A DNA stretch of 64,000 nt from positions 76,677-140,676 of the forward strand of contig ML992517.1 in assembly GCA_010093995.1 (NCBI GenBank). Reading direction: 5' to 3'. Below the pieces are notes generated by a model that saw nothing but the letters and a program-made list of their open reading frames with translations, did no database searches and was not told the origin of the DNA. This DNA comes from Elsinoe ampelina. Taxonomy: Eukaryota. Shown here in pieces: positions 35,805 through 48,534 of this stretch. Made by a program: the position numbers and the translations under genes. How positions within the stretch are numbered: position 1 is the stretch's first letter; the number at the start of each line of letters is the position of its first letter.

Positions 35805-38494
35805 ATGGTCAACGGCGATCTCGGCGCAGGTAGGTCCCAATGCGCAACGTATCGCGGACAGTGCTCAATGGTGACTTCTGGTGTAGGCCTATCCAAGCTC
35901 ACTGTGACGGTCACTGAGGATGAAAACAACGCCACCACCACGGAGCAATCTAGAAGCATATTTTCTTCGCTACCAAATCCTCGTAGCCCCTCAAATCAAG
36001 GGAAAAGAGGCACAGATATTACGCTTGCATTCAATAAAGCCTCTACGGGTATGAACTATCCCTATCCTGACATGCTTCCTGAGCCTTTCCGCATCCTCTT
36101 CCTCCACGAACGTAGAAGGTCGAACACGACATCAATGTCCAAGGCTGATCCATCTAGCTCTGAATCAAGGGCAATTAGTCAAGGATGACTTCTTCACACT
36201 TTTCGAGTCTGTTGGGGCTCTCGAGGTAAGTCTGCCCGGTGATCCATTGAACCTGCATTAACATATCCAGATCATGGACCCAAAGATGGATAGTGGATTC
36301 ATCTTACCAACAGAGGACGCCGCGCTGGAAGAGTTCGATCCTATGAGCCATACTTTGCCAGAAGAGATAATATGGATCATGGACCAAATGCTATCGTTCG
36401 AAGTCAGTGGCTTCGTTTGGGTTTGACTCTAGCTAACCAGTCTAGATGGCCTGGCACGAAGGCTCGCCACTTTCGCAAACGCTATTCACATCGCTTCATC
36501 TGTATAACATACTTTCTACCAACCATGTCCCTCTGGAGAAGATGGAATTCCATAGCACGTCGTCTCTCAACCGACCGCAGCCGCTTGTGACCAGCATTCT
36601 ACGAGCATATTGTCTTGGACTGGCAAAGTGCTTGGACAGCGTAATCCTAGAAATTACAAGCGAGCACTTTTACGAGGAAGAGGATTTCATATCTGCCACA
36701 TTCTCACGACTTTATGTAAGCAAGATCGATGAAGATGACTTTCTCGCTCTTCTGGAGACCGCGGTATCGGATCTGGATGCCTTGGATCTTTCACAGCAGC
36801 TAAAGGATGCCGTAATGGTCAGACTACGCCTGCGGAGCTTGTTACTGAAAGCTCTGTCGCCAGGAGGGCTGGTCATGCAATCAGTAAAACCCGACGCTTT
36901 CCGATCGATAAAGGGTCTTTTGTCGGACATTGACGATACTCACTCTCTAGGCAAGGAGACGTCAGTGCCCGTTTTCTCAGAAAGAGTACAACGATATCTG
37001 GCGAGTAATACTCCGCCACGACCGATGAAGAAGACATCGTGGCCAGACACTGTCAAGAGTCTGTCACAAACATGCGATGACGTTGTCGCTGCCTTTGGCG
37101 TGACAGCTCTAGCACCTGACTTTGCTCCTGCAGCCTTGATGGTAAGTCTCCATATTGAACAATGACCACCTCAGCTGACACACATGAAGCGATTCGTCTG
37201 GTCATTTTCGTCACGATTACCGCATCCACAGACCTATGCTCGATCGATTACTCAGGGTCTACTCTTCAAGTCTTCTTCTGTCATCAGCACATTGCCGCAT
37301 CTTGATCTCCTACTTACGGACATTCGTGGTCTGGCCCTGCCAGCTTCGCCTCTGCTCTCACCGTCAAATTGGGCAACCGAGTCGCCCTCCTCACCGCGGT
37401 ATCTGATCGCACGAAAGCTCGATGAATTCATGGCACGCAGCTTGGAAGAATACCTCAACCTCTACCGCATGCCTCTCCAAAACCGCTGCCGTATCCGACG
37501 GACATTCGCCCAGTCGATACCCATCCTCGACTCCCTCCAAGCCCTGGCCGAAGAGACAGACATGGAGCTCCTGTCCATCTGCCGCTCCTCCGTCACCACC
37601 CGAGATCCCATCCGCCCTTTGATAGGCGAAGACGGCACCGCGCCCCACCTCCCCCTCGCCTCATGGGTCTACCACCACAAACTCCTCGCCATGGAAACCG
37701 TCATCACTCTCGGCTTCGAGCTCGAAGTCTACCTCCCCGACGAATTCGCCACGCAATACGCCCTCCTCTCCTTCTTCGCCCAAACCCGCGCCGAACACTA
37801 CGCCTACCTCACCTCGCACCTCTCCCGCCGCCTCACCCCCCTGGCCCCTCACCCCCCCATCCCCCCTTCCTCCCGCGCCGAGATCACCTCCTCAATCACC
37901 CACCTCGCGACCCTCGCGACCCAAGCCCGCCTCCTCGCCGCCCTCGCCTCGGCCCTATCAGACCTGTACTCCCTCCTCCTCACGCTCTCCCTCCTCCCCG
38001 TCCCCGCCCGCCCCTTCTCCTCCCCCGCCCTCCGCCACGAACTCCGCATGAAGCCCTTCCTCGGCATCGGCACGCCTGCGTTGCCGGGTCGAGAGGAGCT
38101 GGAGGAAGCGACTCTCGCTCGGGACCCGGGGACAAGGCTACTGGAGATCTGCGATGAGGCGGACGAGAAATTGAGGCTGGCGAAGGGGGAGGTGGGGAGG
38201 TTGAAGGGGACGGGGGCGGAGGAGGGGAGGTTCAGGGGCGTGGAAGGGGAGTGGGAGAGGGGTTGGAGGGGGGCGATGTTGTGCGCTGTGCAGATCGGGG
38301 TGGGGGTTGCGGCTCTGCGGGAGGTGTTGGGGGAGTGCGGGGTGGGGACGGTGGGGGAGGCGAGGGGGATGACGGGTGGATCGGGAGAGTCGGGACGGGG
38401 GAGCTGGGAAGGGAAGGTGGGAGTGGAGATTCCGGCGGTGGAGGGGAGGAGGGAGAGGGGGTGGGTTGTGCCGAGGGTTGTGGTGGGGAAGTAG
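35805..38494 (+). CDS. MAK10: NatC N-acetyltransferase auxiliary subunit Mak10/Naa35 (introns 35830-35886, 36049-36157, 36226-36270, 36403-36445, 37142-37189)
   Basis: GQLVKDDFFTLFESVGALE|IMDPKMDSG, MAWHEGSPLSQTLFTSLH, YEEEDF, QNRCRIRR, LGFELEVY, LRHELRMKPF; start codon and first intron less certain. Confidence 0.9.
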
Positions 38495-39145
38495 GGGTCG
38501 TGTTGGGGTGGTCGGGCCTGTGCGGTGGATTGAAGACGCACACGAGGCAGGCTAGTCAGCATGAGAACAGAGTCCTGCTGAATCGCTCGTTGTCTTGGTC
38601 CTGCTCTCGTACATTTCTCACATGGTCCATCCCGCATATCTTGACCACTGGGAGAATCGTTCCACTCCGATCGGTCTTCTCGCGCGATTGTCCCCCCCTC
38701 TCGCTCAGCTCTCTGCAGCCCCTACCATCACGTACAAAGACTTGTCCAGAGCTTCAGGGGGACTTGCCTACCGATCTGCAACCACTCCTTATCATCGAGG
38801 GCAAGCAGGAGAGGCATGTGAATCGTACGTCATCTATTCATGCCCTTGGTATAGACAGGGGTATCGTTGTTATGCACAAGATGTTCTTCCTCCACAGATT
38901 CCATATCCCGATATGTCCAATACTCATGTCCTGCCGTCAGATCCATCTCAAGGTCTTCTCATCTGCACGTCTTCCACATAAGTCTGTCGTGTACGAGGAG
39001 TGGTAGGGACAGATGGAGAGTATAGCCCGTATCTTTGTCACCTGATGATGCTCCGCAAGTCATGCGTCCAGGTCAGGTCCTCCTCTTCATCCTCATTGTA
39101 ATCCTCGCTTGTCATGCTCGTCATCCATGATCCATGATAGGCTCC

Positions 39146-40818
39146 TCAGTATATCAAATCCCCATAAACCCCCAACACCTCATCCCCTTCACTCGCGAAA
39201 GTATCGTGCAACCCGGCCAAGCCGTCAAACTGCGCCGCGTACTTCAGCCCCCATGTGCGCGCATCATGGACGTGATCCCAGCTCAACTCCCCGTTGTCCT
39301 CCGTGCCTGCTACTTCATCCACCTGGATCTTGGGTACGGATCGCGGCTGTGCGGGTCTGGTCGCATTGTTCTGGCCGGGAGCCGATCGAGGGAAGACCGT
39401 CGGCGCTCTGCCTGGACTTGACGGGCTTGACGGGCTGGTTGGACTGGAGGGTACGTTGGCGCCGAGGTCGAGAGTGGTACCGAGCTGGGACTCTATGCTT
39501 GCGAAACCACTCTCGGGACCAGAGATCGAGCCGGAAGTGTGTCTTGCGGAAGACATGTCAAGACTGAGGGATGGTTGGCCGTTGGGTTGCACGTGACCGT
39601 TTGTTCTTTCCTCGCTCTTGCTTTTGACAGGTGGGACACCTTTGAAGGTGTGATTCACTCGCAGGTCGGGGACGTAGGCTGGGCGAGGGCCGGTGGGAAG
39701 CAGGTGGGAGCGTTCGAAGACGATCTCGGGGGCGATGACCGTGCGGCCCTTTTTGCAGACGTAACGCGCGATGGAAGTCATGTAGACTGCTCGGCGGAGT
39801 TCTTCACTTTGCGGGTCTTTCTCTTTCAGGAGAAGGGAGTGGAGTTTCTCGTCGCCGGAGGAGTTGCCGCTGGGTGAGATGGGAGTAGTGGGTGGCGCGT
39901 TGCGTCGATTGCGCTTGTTCGGGTGGGGTTTGGACTTGCGCTGGAGACCAAGGCGTTGAAGCAGGGAGGATGGGAAGCGGGTGGCTTCGGCATCGGCGTC
40001 TTTCCATGGTTGGAGAGCGTATCCTCTTGGCCGTACAGCACCTGCTTTGACGACGTGCGAGACGGTGTAGATCCACTTCTCATCCCAGGCTAGGAGGCGA
40101 GTCCAGATCTCAAAACGGCTAAGAGGGGCGATCTCTTTGCGGAAGATGCAGGCTACGCCACCGAGAGCGATGATATAGTTGTCTGGTACTTTGCGGCCGG
40201 AGGACGTGTGTGAGGGCCCTGACGGGTTGGGAAGACCTTCGTGGTCACCTGCATGCATTCGGCGAAGACCGGTCCGGAGCAAGGCGCCGATGTAGTGAGC
40301 CCGCGCTACATCGAGGTCTTTGAGGTATGTTGAATTAGACTTGTGGAAGTTGTAGTCGCAGTCAAGTGGTGAATTCCAAGATGTGGTCACAAGTGGTTTG
40401 AACAAGTCTTGCCGGGTCATAACCTTTGGCGCCAGATGGACCTGGTAGAAGATGGCGCGGAGGACGCGTATATGCCATGTCGTCGGGACATTCTTGAGGT
40501 TCAGAATGAGAAAGACGACCCCAAAGAATTTGAGCAGGTAAGACAAAAAGGTCGTCGGTATTAATGAGGTCAATTGCTCGGGAAACACCGCAGATCGCAA
40601 AGAGGATGAAAAGACAAGTGCCACAGTCCCAGACAAGGCGGAGAGTAACCCTACAACAAAAGGGAATTTAGTCAGCGAGAGCATTCTGCCGGGAGAAAGG
40701 ATCTGATGTGCATAAAGACGGGTCAAAGGAGGCGTGTTGGAAGGAAGAGGATCAACACATGAGAAGTATTAAGTAGAAGCATACTTTGACGCTGTGCCGC
40801 CAGAGCTGAAGACGACAT
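39146..40818 (-). CDS. Hotdog-fold thioesterase-like protein (THEM6/4HBT-like) with N-terminal membrane anchor (exons 40818-40785, 40650-39146)
   Basis: LNLKNVP..WH, DCDYNFHKSNSTYLKDLDVAR, FRKEIAP..FEIWTRLLAWDEKWIY, YVCKKGR; intron 40651-40784 GTATGC..GCTGAC..TAG in matching phase. Confidence 0.8.
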
Positions 40819-41567
40819 GTGATTGACAGCTGATGTCTTTTGGAAATCGTGCCTCGGGCTGTAATCCGGCCTGAAAAAAGAGAAACTTGCTGCGCCGTCC
40901 GGTCAGAGCAGAGCAGAGGCGAGCGCTTGGAGTGTTGGTTTTAGGCCAGCCGTCTTGTGAGAAGTGGGTCTCTATTTCGGTACTATTGGATGACTGGTCA
41001 GTCGGAAGAAACGAGGGGCATATACTGCTTGTGACGCGCAAAAGAGAGACGAGAGGTCTATATAACTCGAGACAGGAAATTGAGGTCACAAAGGGAGGTG
41101 TTGTGTTGTGCATACCGCGGTTTGTGAGAGGACGTCAACACGGGAGTTTCGGCCTTTTCCGCTTTCCCGCTTCCTTCTTCGGGTTCGTTTACCATTACCC
41201 ATTTTGATGGTCGAGCAATATATTCATGAAACTCTCCGACCGGTCAATGTTCAGCTTGTGATGTAAACATGTTTATCGTTGCGGGTGCTGTATCTCAGCT
41301 GATCTATCGAACAAAGCGGTTGCGGCACAGCGCGAACCGGTCTGAGAATGGGGCGAAGTTCTAATCTATGAAACCGCTTGACAAGCATTCCAGCCCCGTC
41401 TTGGGACTTCTAATCGTGGACGCTGAACACAATATCAATTTTCAAACCATTCGCGATACTCTCGATCGACATGTGTGCCGACTTGTCGATTTCCGACGGG
41501 CCTAAGATCGACCATCCCCGCAAAAGTCCCCAAGTATCCATCGTCGGTCAAACTCTCACACCATCGC

Positions 41568-43053
41568 TTAGGACGCTGGCGCTGCCATCTTGATCGGCTG
41601 TGGGCCATAGCCATTGTGGTTACGGAAGAACAAGACACCCTTGCCCTCTCCCTCTGCCTCGGCAGATGGCTCAACCCATTGGCATCTCTTCATGCTGGTC
41701 CAGAGAGATCTGATGAAACCAACTGGGCCGTCCTTAGTATCACTCCTGTAGTGCTCTCCCATGACTTTCTTGATAGCCTCAGTGGCCTCGTCCGCGTTGT
41801 AAAAAGGAATGGTGGAGATGTAGTGGTGGAGGACGTGAGTCTCAACAATGCCGTGGAGGAGCTGTCGGCCGATGAAGCCAAATTCGCGGTCAATAGTAGC
41901 GGCGGCACCACGAGTGAAGGTCCAGGTGTTTGCATCGTAGTGAGGCAGCGATGGATCAGTGTGCTGCAGGAAGGTGATGGCAACTGCAAATGTTAGTTGC
42001 TGCACAATCTTGCAAGAATCTGAAATACTCACCAAGCCAGTGGTTGACCCAAAGGTAAGGGATAAAGTACCAGACAAGGAGGTTGGACCATCCATAGGTG
42101 CTGCCAAGGTAGTACAAGACGCTGCCGGTAATGAGGAGACCGAGATCGGAGAGGAGGATCAGCTTCTCATCCTTCTTCTCATAAAGAGGGCTGGATGGGA
42201 AGAAGTGGTTGACACCACCACCGGGACCATTCTTCTTGCCGACACCCTTACCCTCGACCTGCTTGTGGTGGTTGTTGTGCCCAGTGACATTGACAATCAA
42301 GTAGGCTGGCCAACCACCGAGCTGCTGGTACAACAGGTGGAGGGCAGTTGCGATCGGGGTGTCCTCGGCCAGCTCGGAGAGCTCGTGGACAGCAGCACCG
42401 ACCCTGCTGGCATAGACGTCGCGGGTCTTTGGGACGAACACCATGTCACGTTCCATGTTGCCAGTAGCCTTGTGGTGCTTGCCGTGGGAGATCTTCCAGG
42501 AGAAGTAGGGGACTAGGAGAGCAGAGTGGCAGATCCAGCCGACGGTGTCGTTCAAGGTCTTGGATGGGGAGAAGGACTGGTGACCGCACTCGTGGGCAAG
42601 AACCCACAGACCAGTAGCGAAGAGACCCTGGATGAAGGTGTAGCCAGCCCAGAGAACGGCCCTGGCAGGAGTCGAGGGAATGTTCTCTGGAGTCACAAAT
42701 CTGTTGAACAGGTAAAATGTGACTGCGAGACTGACAATGTCCCTGGCCACGTAGTAGAGACCAGTAGCACCGGACCGCTCGAAGCAGTGGGCAGGTATAG
42801 CATCTCTTATGTCCTTGATTGTGTAGTCTGGGACCTTGAACTCGTTGCCATATCCGTCGATGAGTCTTCCACGCTGGTTTTTGAGAGGCTCGCCGTCATC
42901 CGAGGCCATGGATGAGAGAGATGTGGATGAAGCGGAGTGGACAGGCGAGTCTCCAGGAGAAACGGTGGTCGAATTTGTGGCGGTTGAGGTGATGGATTCG
43001 ACCGTGTTGGTCCTGGGAGCTGCCGAGCGCCTCGTGCGGACAGAGGACGACAT
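41568..43053 (-). CDS. FAD2: Delta-12 (oleate) fatty acid desaturase (exons 43053-42033, 41983-41568)
   Basis: Three His boxes HECGH, HGKHH, HVLHH; IRDAIPAHCFERS, VPYFSWKISH, NHWL|VAITFLQHTDP, IPFYNADEAT; intron 41984-42032. Confidence 0.95.
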
Positions 43054-44315
43054 TGTGAAGGAGTTGAAAGGTGGTCGTCAAAGAGGAACTAGAGCAATGG
43101 ATGTCGATGGAGGTGAAATGCTCAGGTGGTGGGAGAGATGGAAGAAGAGTGAGGGGTGAAGCTCAATAAATTCGCCCAGAAGGAGAACTTCAAATGTCAA
43201 AGGGTCGCAGACGAGCTGATTGGTCTATGAAAGAGACGATGAACGGCCAAGGGGAGACTGAGAGGCGAAATGCACGAGCGCAAATGTGTCGTCTCCCGGA
43301 AATCTGAGGTGGTCCCACGAATCTTTTGAGTTTTCAAGACAAATCTACGATGCCTATTTGCAACTCCTCTCAGCAGCCACAACTACTTGCTTTGCCTTGA
43401 TCAGATGGTTACTGGTGGCATTTCTATCACGTACACATGCTGACTCTTTTCTACGAACAAAAGCCAGCTGTCAATGGCTCTCACCGCCAGAAACTCTGCA
43501 TCCTCAACATGTCGACGATCGCCCAACGCCTCGGCTAGAGGCTAGATCGTTTGCCTTTCCAGGTCCCGCACATGGCACTGGGATGGAAAGACCCTGGTTC
43601 CGGACGCCATCTCTCCGCCGGAAATTTTCGTTGATTCTCGACTCGACCACGTCCGTGCAGTTGTGGCGCCTCCGCACTGAGGGGTGGAAGTCCGGGCGGA
43701 GCTCTGGAAGCGGCGGTGGCATATTCTGGAGCAACCTGAGCTCACCGCCATGATGCGTGACAGCGCTTGGTCATTCCACTCGCATGGATGGTCCATTCAC
43801 CATAAGCAATATACATTGTTGCTGCATCTTCTCCGCCTTGATCGAGGCAGACAAGTCGACGACATGTATCTACAATGCACAAGTACCGCCGACAGCGTCA
43901 TCTAAGGCCTATCACATGTCATGATCATTTTCCGTGAAAGACTTTCACATGCCATCTACATGTTTCTGTTGAATGATCGGCATGCATATGCAGCTAGTCC
44001 TGATCGGACCTTACACGTGATCGTGGTGGAACAAGCATGCATAGCAAGCCTTGAAACGTCGGAAATCATGTCAATGGCGAGAGATTGTCTTACTGGTGCT
44101 CTCTCGAGCTGGTATCTACAGACTGTACAGTGATAAAGCCCCTCCAACCTGATCAGCAAAGAGATCTTTCATCCCGCTGTCGATGCTTATCCCCGCCGCG
44201 TAGTTGATGCGAACGGCGGTATATGTCCAGAACTTTTAATAGCAATTCAATGCCTGTCCTTCTCCTCGACCTGTTGAATCACTGCAGCTCCACAGCTCCT
44301 GGCTCTCCTCCCATT

Positions 44316-45503
44316 TCAAGGCCTGTCAGGCCAGATCTCGCTCGCCACATCCTTGACCAACTTCAGCTTCCTGAACATGCCCTCCTCGGTGACGTCCTTG
44401 TTGCCAACACCCGTGCTAGCAAACCCACATTGTGGGCTGATGCCAATGCTCTGCAGTGCCTCTTCCCTCGTGACACCCTGACCCTGAGCAATCACATCGG
44501 CTGCCTTCAACACCTTCTCCTTCATGATCTTCGGGTCCTCCAACTGCGGCACCTTTGTGCTCACAACGCCCAATACCACGTTCTTCCCCTTTGGCAAGAA
44601 CCTCAGCGGCTCAAACCCACCTGCCCTGTCCGTGTCGTACTCCAGATAGAACGTATCGTAGTTCAACGTCTTGAAGAACCTCTCCGCAATCGCCTCATAA
44701 CTCCCCTCGGAAAAATGCATACTCTTGCTGAAATTCCCCCTGCAAATATGCAATCCCACATGCAACCCCTCGGGCCTGCCCACCAAACAATCATTATGCG
44801 CCTTGAGGTACAAATCAAACAACTTATCCGGATCCACCCCATCCGCCTTCAGACTCTCCGTCATGGCCGAGCTGCAAAAGTACGCCAACGTCGGATCATC
44901 AATCTGCACACTCTTCAACCCATGCTCATGCAACGTCTTGAACTCCTTCTGATACGCCTTTGCCAAATCCGCAAAATACCCCTCATCATCATACACTTCG
45001 GGCGGGTAAATCTTCCCCGGCGCCAGCCTCAAGTGGAAATAACACGCGGGGGGCATCGTGAACTTGGCCTCCCCCCACTGGCTCTCCGGCAACAACGAGC
45101 GGAGATACAACCACTTGTCCAGGTACGGGCTCTTCTCGTAGGAAATCTTGCCCGTGCACACCGCCGCCATGGGGTACTTCAGCCCCGCATCCTTGAGGGC
45201 TTTGATGGGGGGAGCAGACAGCCGGTAGATGTCCCACGGCGCTTCTTCGCCCACCTCCTTGAAGCCGGCGAGTTTCTCGAAGAAGCCGGAGAAGTAGACT
45301 GCGCGGTCGTATTCGCCCGACACCAAGGGTCGGATGCCCAGGGAGAGTTGCTTGGAGACGATGTACGAGACGGCTTTTTGTTCGGCCGTGGTGAGGTCGG
45401 CTTCGGAGAGCTTGCCGGACTTGTAGGCTTGTTTGGCGAGTTGGAGGTCGTCCGGGCGGAGGAGGGAGCCGATGTGTTCGGCGTGGAAGGGGAGGGGGAC
45501 CAT
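44316..45503 (-). CDS. Cobalamin-independent methionine synthase II-like (single-barrel MetE/YxjH-type) protein, intronless
   Basis: AEHIGSLLRP, GEYDR, VQIDDP, zinc ligands HICRGN, LEYD, SPQCGFAS; 395 aa. Confidence 0.9.
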   Translation of the reverse strand: MVPLPFHAEHIGSLLRPDDLQLAKQAYKSGKLSEADLTTAEQKAVSYIVSKQLSLGIRPLVSGEYDRAVYFSGFFEKLAGFKEVGEEAPWDIYRLSAPPIKALKDAGLKYPMAAVCTGKISYEKSPYLDKWLYLRSLLPESQWGEAKFTMPPACYFHLRLAPGKIYPPEVYDDEGYFADLAKAYQKEFKTLHEHGLKSVQIDDPTLAYFCSSAMTESLKADGVDPDKLFDLYLKAHNDCLVGRPEGLHVGLHICRGNFSKSMHFSEGSYEAIAERFFKTLNYDTFYLEYDTDRAGGFEPLRFLPKGKNVVLGVVSTKVPQLEDPKIMKEKVLKAADVIAQGQGVTREEALQSIGISPQCGFASTGVGNKDVTEEGMFRKLKLVKDVASEIWPDRP

Positions 45504-46497
45504 GGTTGTGGTGGTGATACGGGAGTCTGATGAAGGTGTAGAGGTGGAAGGGGGTGCAATTGGGATGAAGAGACGGGATCAGTATCCTACTTATTATTCA
45601 ATACTTACCCCTCCATTATGCTCTGACGTCCACCGGGAAACACAAGTGGGGTGAGAGCTTTCTTCTCCCGCAATCGGTGCTGCAAATTTGCTGCAGAGGG
45701 CAAGGGAACCGGCAGTGGAGGATGCTAGATCTGCCGACCAGAAAGAATTGTCCGACGCCTGTTCAGCTGCCGAGCACCTCTCGTGCTTCATTCTCAACTT
45801 GCCGCACTTTGGGCTGCTTCTTGGACCTGGACAACGGACTCCGATTGATGTCGAGCAACAATGTCAAATCCCCGAGATGTTTGACCATGTCGATTTCGGC
45901 ACTTGGGAACGGTACTGGGCATGTCGAATGAGTCTTGAGATATCATGATCCATGACTATTATACCTCCATGTCTAAGCTCTGGTCTGTGATGAGGGACTC
46001 GGGCAGCTCTCGACCAGTATCTATCCCTCGGCCCTTCATCTGCTCGACCCAGGGATGTCCCTTCGTCGCCATAACTTGAAGTTCAGATTCGTAGCCGTCA
46101 ATGTCGAGGATCAGCTTTTGCCTGCAACACCACCGCAGAGTCTGTTGCTGATTATTTGATGTACAACGTGGTATCCGGCTATCACTGATGGATCTGAACA
46201 TTACTGAAAGCCCCATGACTCTGGCTTTCCAATCTCTGATAAGACCTCTGAACGATCGCTCAATGAGCCGTGCATATAGCTGGCGGTCGGACAGACAATT
46301 GCACGCTCAAAGGCTCAGGTCTTCTGGTCTTGATTCGAGGAGGCTTTGAGATGTCCAGTGGTGTCATGGAAGGGCCCATCCTTTCCGGAGCCCTCACAAC
46401 ACTCGCCAATCTGGTCCATATCGGACGATATGCCGCTCCCGACTATGGTCTCTAACCTGGCTGAGCTCATCTCTGGGCGTTAGGTCTGGCTGTCTTA

Positions 46498-47194
46498 CTA
46501 TTCGGACCCAATGTACGCTTTCTTCTCGGCAGCCTCTCTCTCAGCCCGATTCTCCTCCTCCCACCGCCCAATAATGTTTTCCGGAACGACGAGGATCGTG
46601 CCGAACCATCGCCTCTCGCCAATTCCAGTCCTGGCCACCATGCTTCTCGATATGCTTGATGAATTCGTCCATCGTCGGCAGCTCATTCGGAGTCCGGTTC
46701 CCCACAGCATGTGAGGGCGGTTGAACCGAGGACCTGGCCTTCCGGCGGTCGATCTTTCCACTGGAAGATCTGAAACTCGAGAGCATCCAGCTCGAGCACG
46801 TATATCCAGTGCTGTCGCGGCAATTCGATTTCGACATTGTCGGGATCAGTGTCTTAGGACGGCATACACTGGTCTATGCGGCGAAGTTGCTTGAACTCGT
46901 TGGTGCCCAATTCGCGATCGATCCTCTAACAATAAGCAGTACGCTCGTCAAAGAAGTTCCGGTATTCTTTGCGTGTCGCAGTTCGCATCTTTGGAAAATT
47001 GGCTACCAGCTTCTCGACGTTTCCCGGTATAGCAAGGAGATCCAGCACCGGTTTTCCCTCCAAGCGTGGCAAGCATGAATGAGGTCAGTCAATCCGATGC
47101 AGTGGTTGATGTATGGTAAATAGTATATACCGTTCCAAGTTGTGTTTGACATAACCTTCCACTTGCCCTCGTGCATGACGAGAGTTGGGGCCAT
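46498..47194 (-). pseudogene. Degenerate fourth copy of the tandem MGTR/WDGYP family
   Basis: MAPTLVMHEGKWKV.., GKPVLDLLAIPGNVEKLVANFPKMR, CMPS*DT, HWIYVLELDALEFQIF and ELPTMDEFIKHIE align in order to the neighbouring paralogues; in-frame stops at 46926-28 (TAG) and 46854-56 (TAA) plus frameshifts near the 3' end. Confidence 0.7.
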
Positions 47195-47527
47195 GGTCCC
47201 GGTCCTGTTTGAAGTTTCGAAGATGCTGCAGAATATTCTCGATTGGCTGAAGATGAAATTTCTGCGCTGCAGGTAAAGGGCGGAGTTTGAAGTGGCAGAA
47301 GTACAAACGAGCTTTTTAGGCTAACCCGAATCGGCAGGGGCAACCCATACCAAGGGCATCCAACACGTGGGCCTGAAGGCGGCAGAAATCACAGGGAATG
47401 CGAGGTCAAGAATCCAGATGCGATCGCCTACGATTTGTTCGGAACCATCACTTGGAAGCACATCTGATGTGCTCACCACGTAGCTCGCCATTGCAGACGC
47501 CCTGCCAGCGATCCGCTTCATAGCAAC

Positions 47528-48266
47528 CTAGTCCACCTCAGCCGCCGCCCCCTCATCCTCTCCCCCTCTCTCATCATCCTCGGCGGAAGACTGCTTCATC
47601 AAATCCTTGATCTCCTTGCAGAAAGTCACTTCATCAGGCAACGCCTCCAGCTCCCAGCTCCCGACCATCGCAGGCCTCGTCTCGAATTGCTTGAAACGAT
47701 CACTATCCAGCTGCCATTCGGAGTGACCGCAGTACACCTCCAGCTTTCGTTGATCCAGGTCGACCACATACGCCCACTCGCAGAACAGTGTGTCGGCAAT
47801 GAACTCCAGCTCGTTCTGGATTGGTAGGCCGGTGGCTGTGTTCGCTACGAGAGATAGAATCTCCGCACCAGTGTCGCGGGCTAGCGAAGGGCACACCCTA
47901 AGGCCAGGCTGAGAAGCATCTCGGAAGAGAATGCTCCTCTCCTCGTCGGACATGGCTTTGGCTTCGGGAGTGAATTGCTTTTCTCGAGCTGCTTGGGGGA
48001 CTTGCTGCATGAGGTCGTCGACGGCTTGCAGCTCTAGATCGTCTGGTGTGTACAACCTGTCGAGCCCTGCAATGAGCTTTGGGAGATTTTCGGGGTCGGA
48101 GAAGAACTTTAGGATCTTGAAGCCTTGACCTTCTGGATAGCCCTGATGTTGGGGTCAGTAAGTGTGCTTCCTGGTAGGTGGTGAGGTTATTCACATCCCA
48201 CTGGCAGTACTTAGCTATCTTGTATTCTCCATTGTGATACACCAAGATTAAGTTTCTGGTACCCAT
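47528..48266 (-). CDS. Uncharacterised protein, tandem paralogue A (exons 48266-48195, 48142-47528; 228 aa)
   Basis: MGTRNLILVYHNGEYKIAKYCQWD|GYPEGQG...CPSLARDTGAEIL...FCEWAYVVDLD; intron 48143-48194 GTGAAT..ACTGAC..CAG. Confidence 0.85.
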
Positions 48267-48534
48267 GATTCAAGAATGGTGGGTTGTAAAGGAGGAGAGC
48301 GGTTGACGAAGAAATAGATCCTCCGAGAAGCTGTGAAGACAAACACCAGACAGGCTGGATCAATTGGCCAAGACCATGTCAACAAGTAAGAGTGTGGACA
48401 AATTTCAACATTTTGAGAAAGAGCAGGAAGAGCAAGATGTCTATAATTATGCAAAGCCACGCACGGACCTTGTGAGATGTGAGTTCAGGCAGCAGCGGAC
48501 CGCCAAGCCTTCGCTGTGACATTCGACAGGGAAT

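Noticed and set aside
38550..39140. Coding-like fragments between MAK10 and the thioesterase gene
   Set aside because: Interrupted by stops and not similar to anything I recognise.
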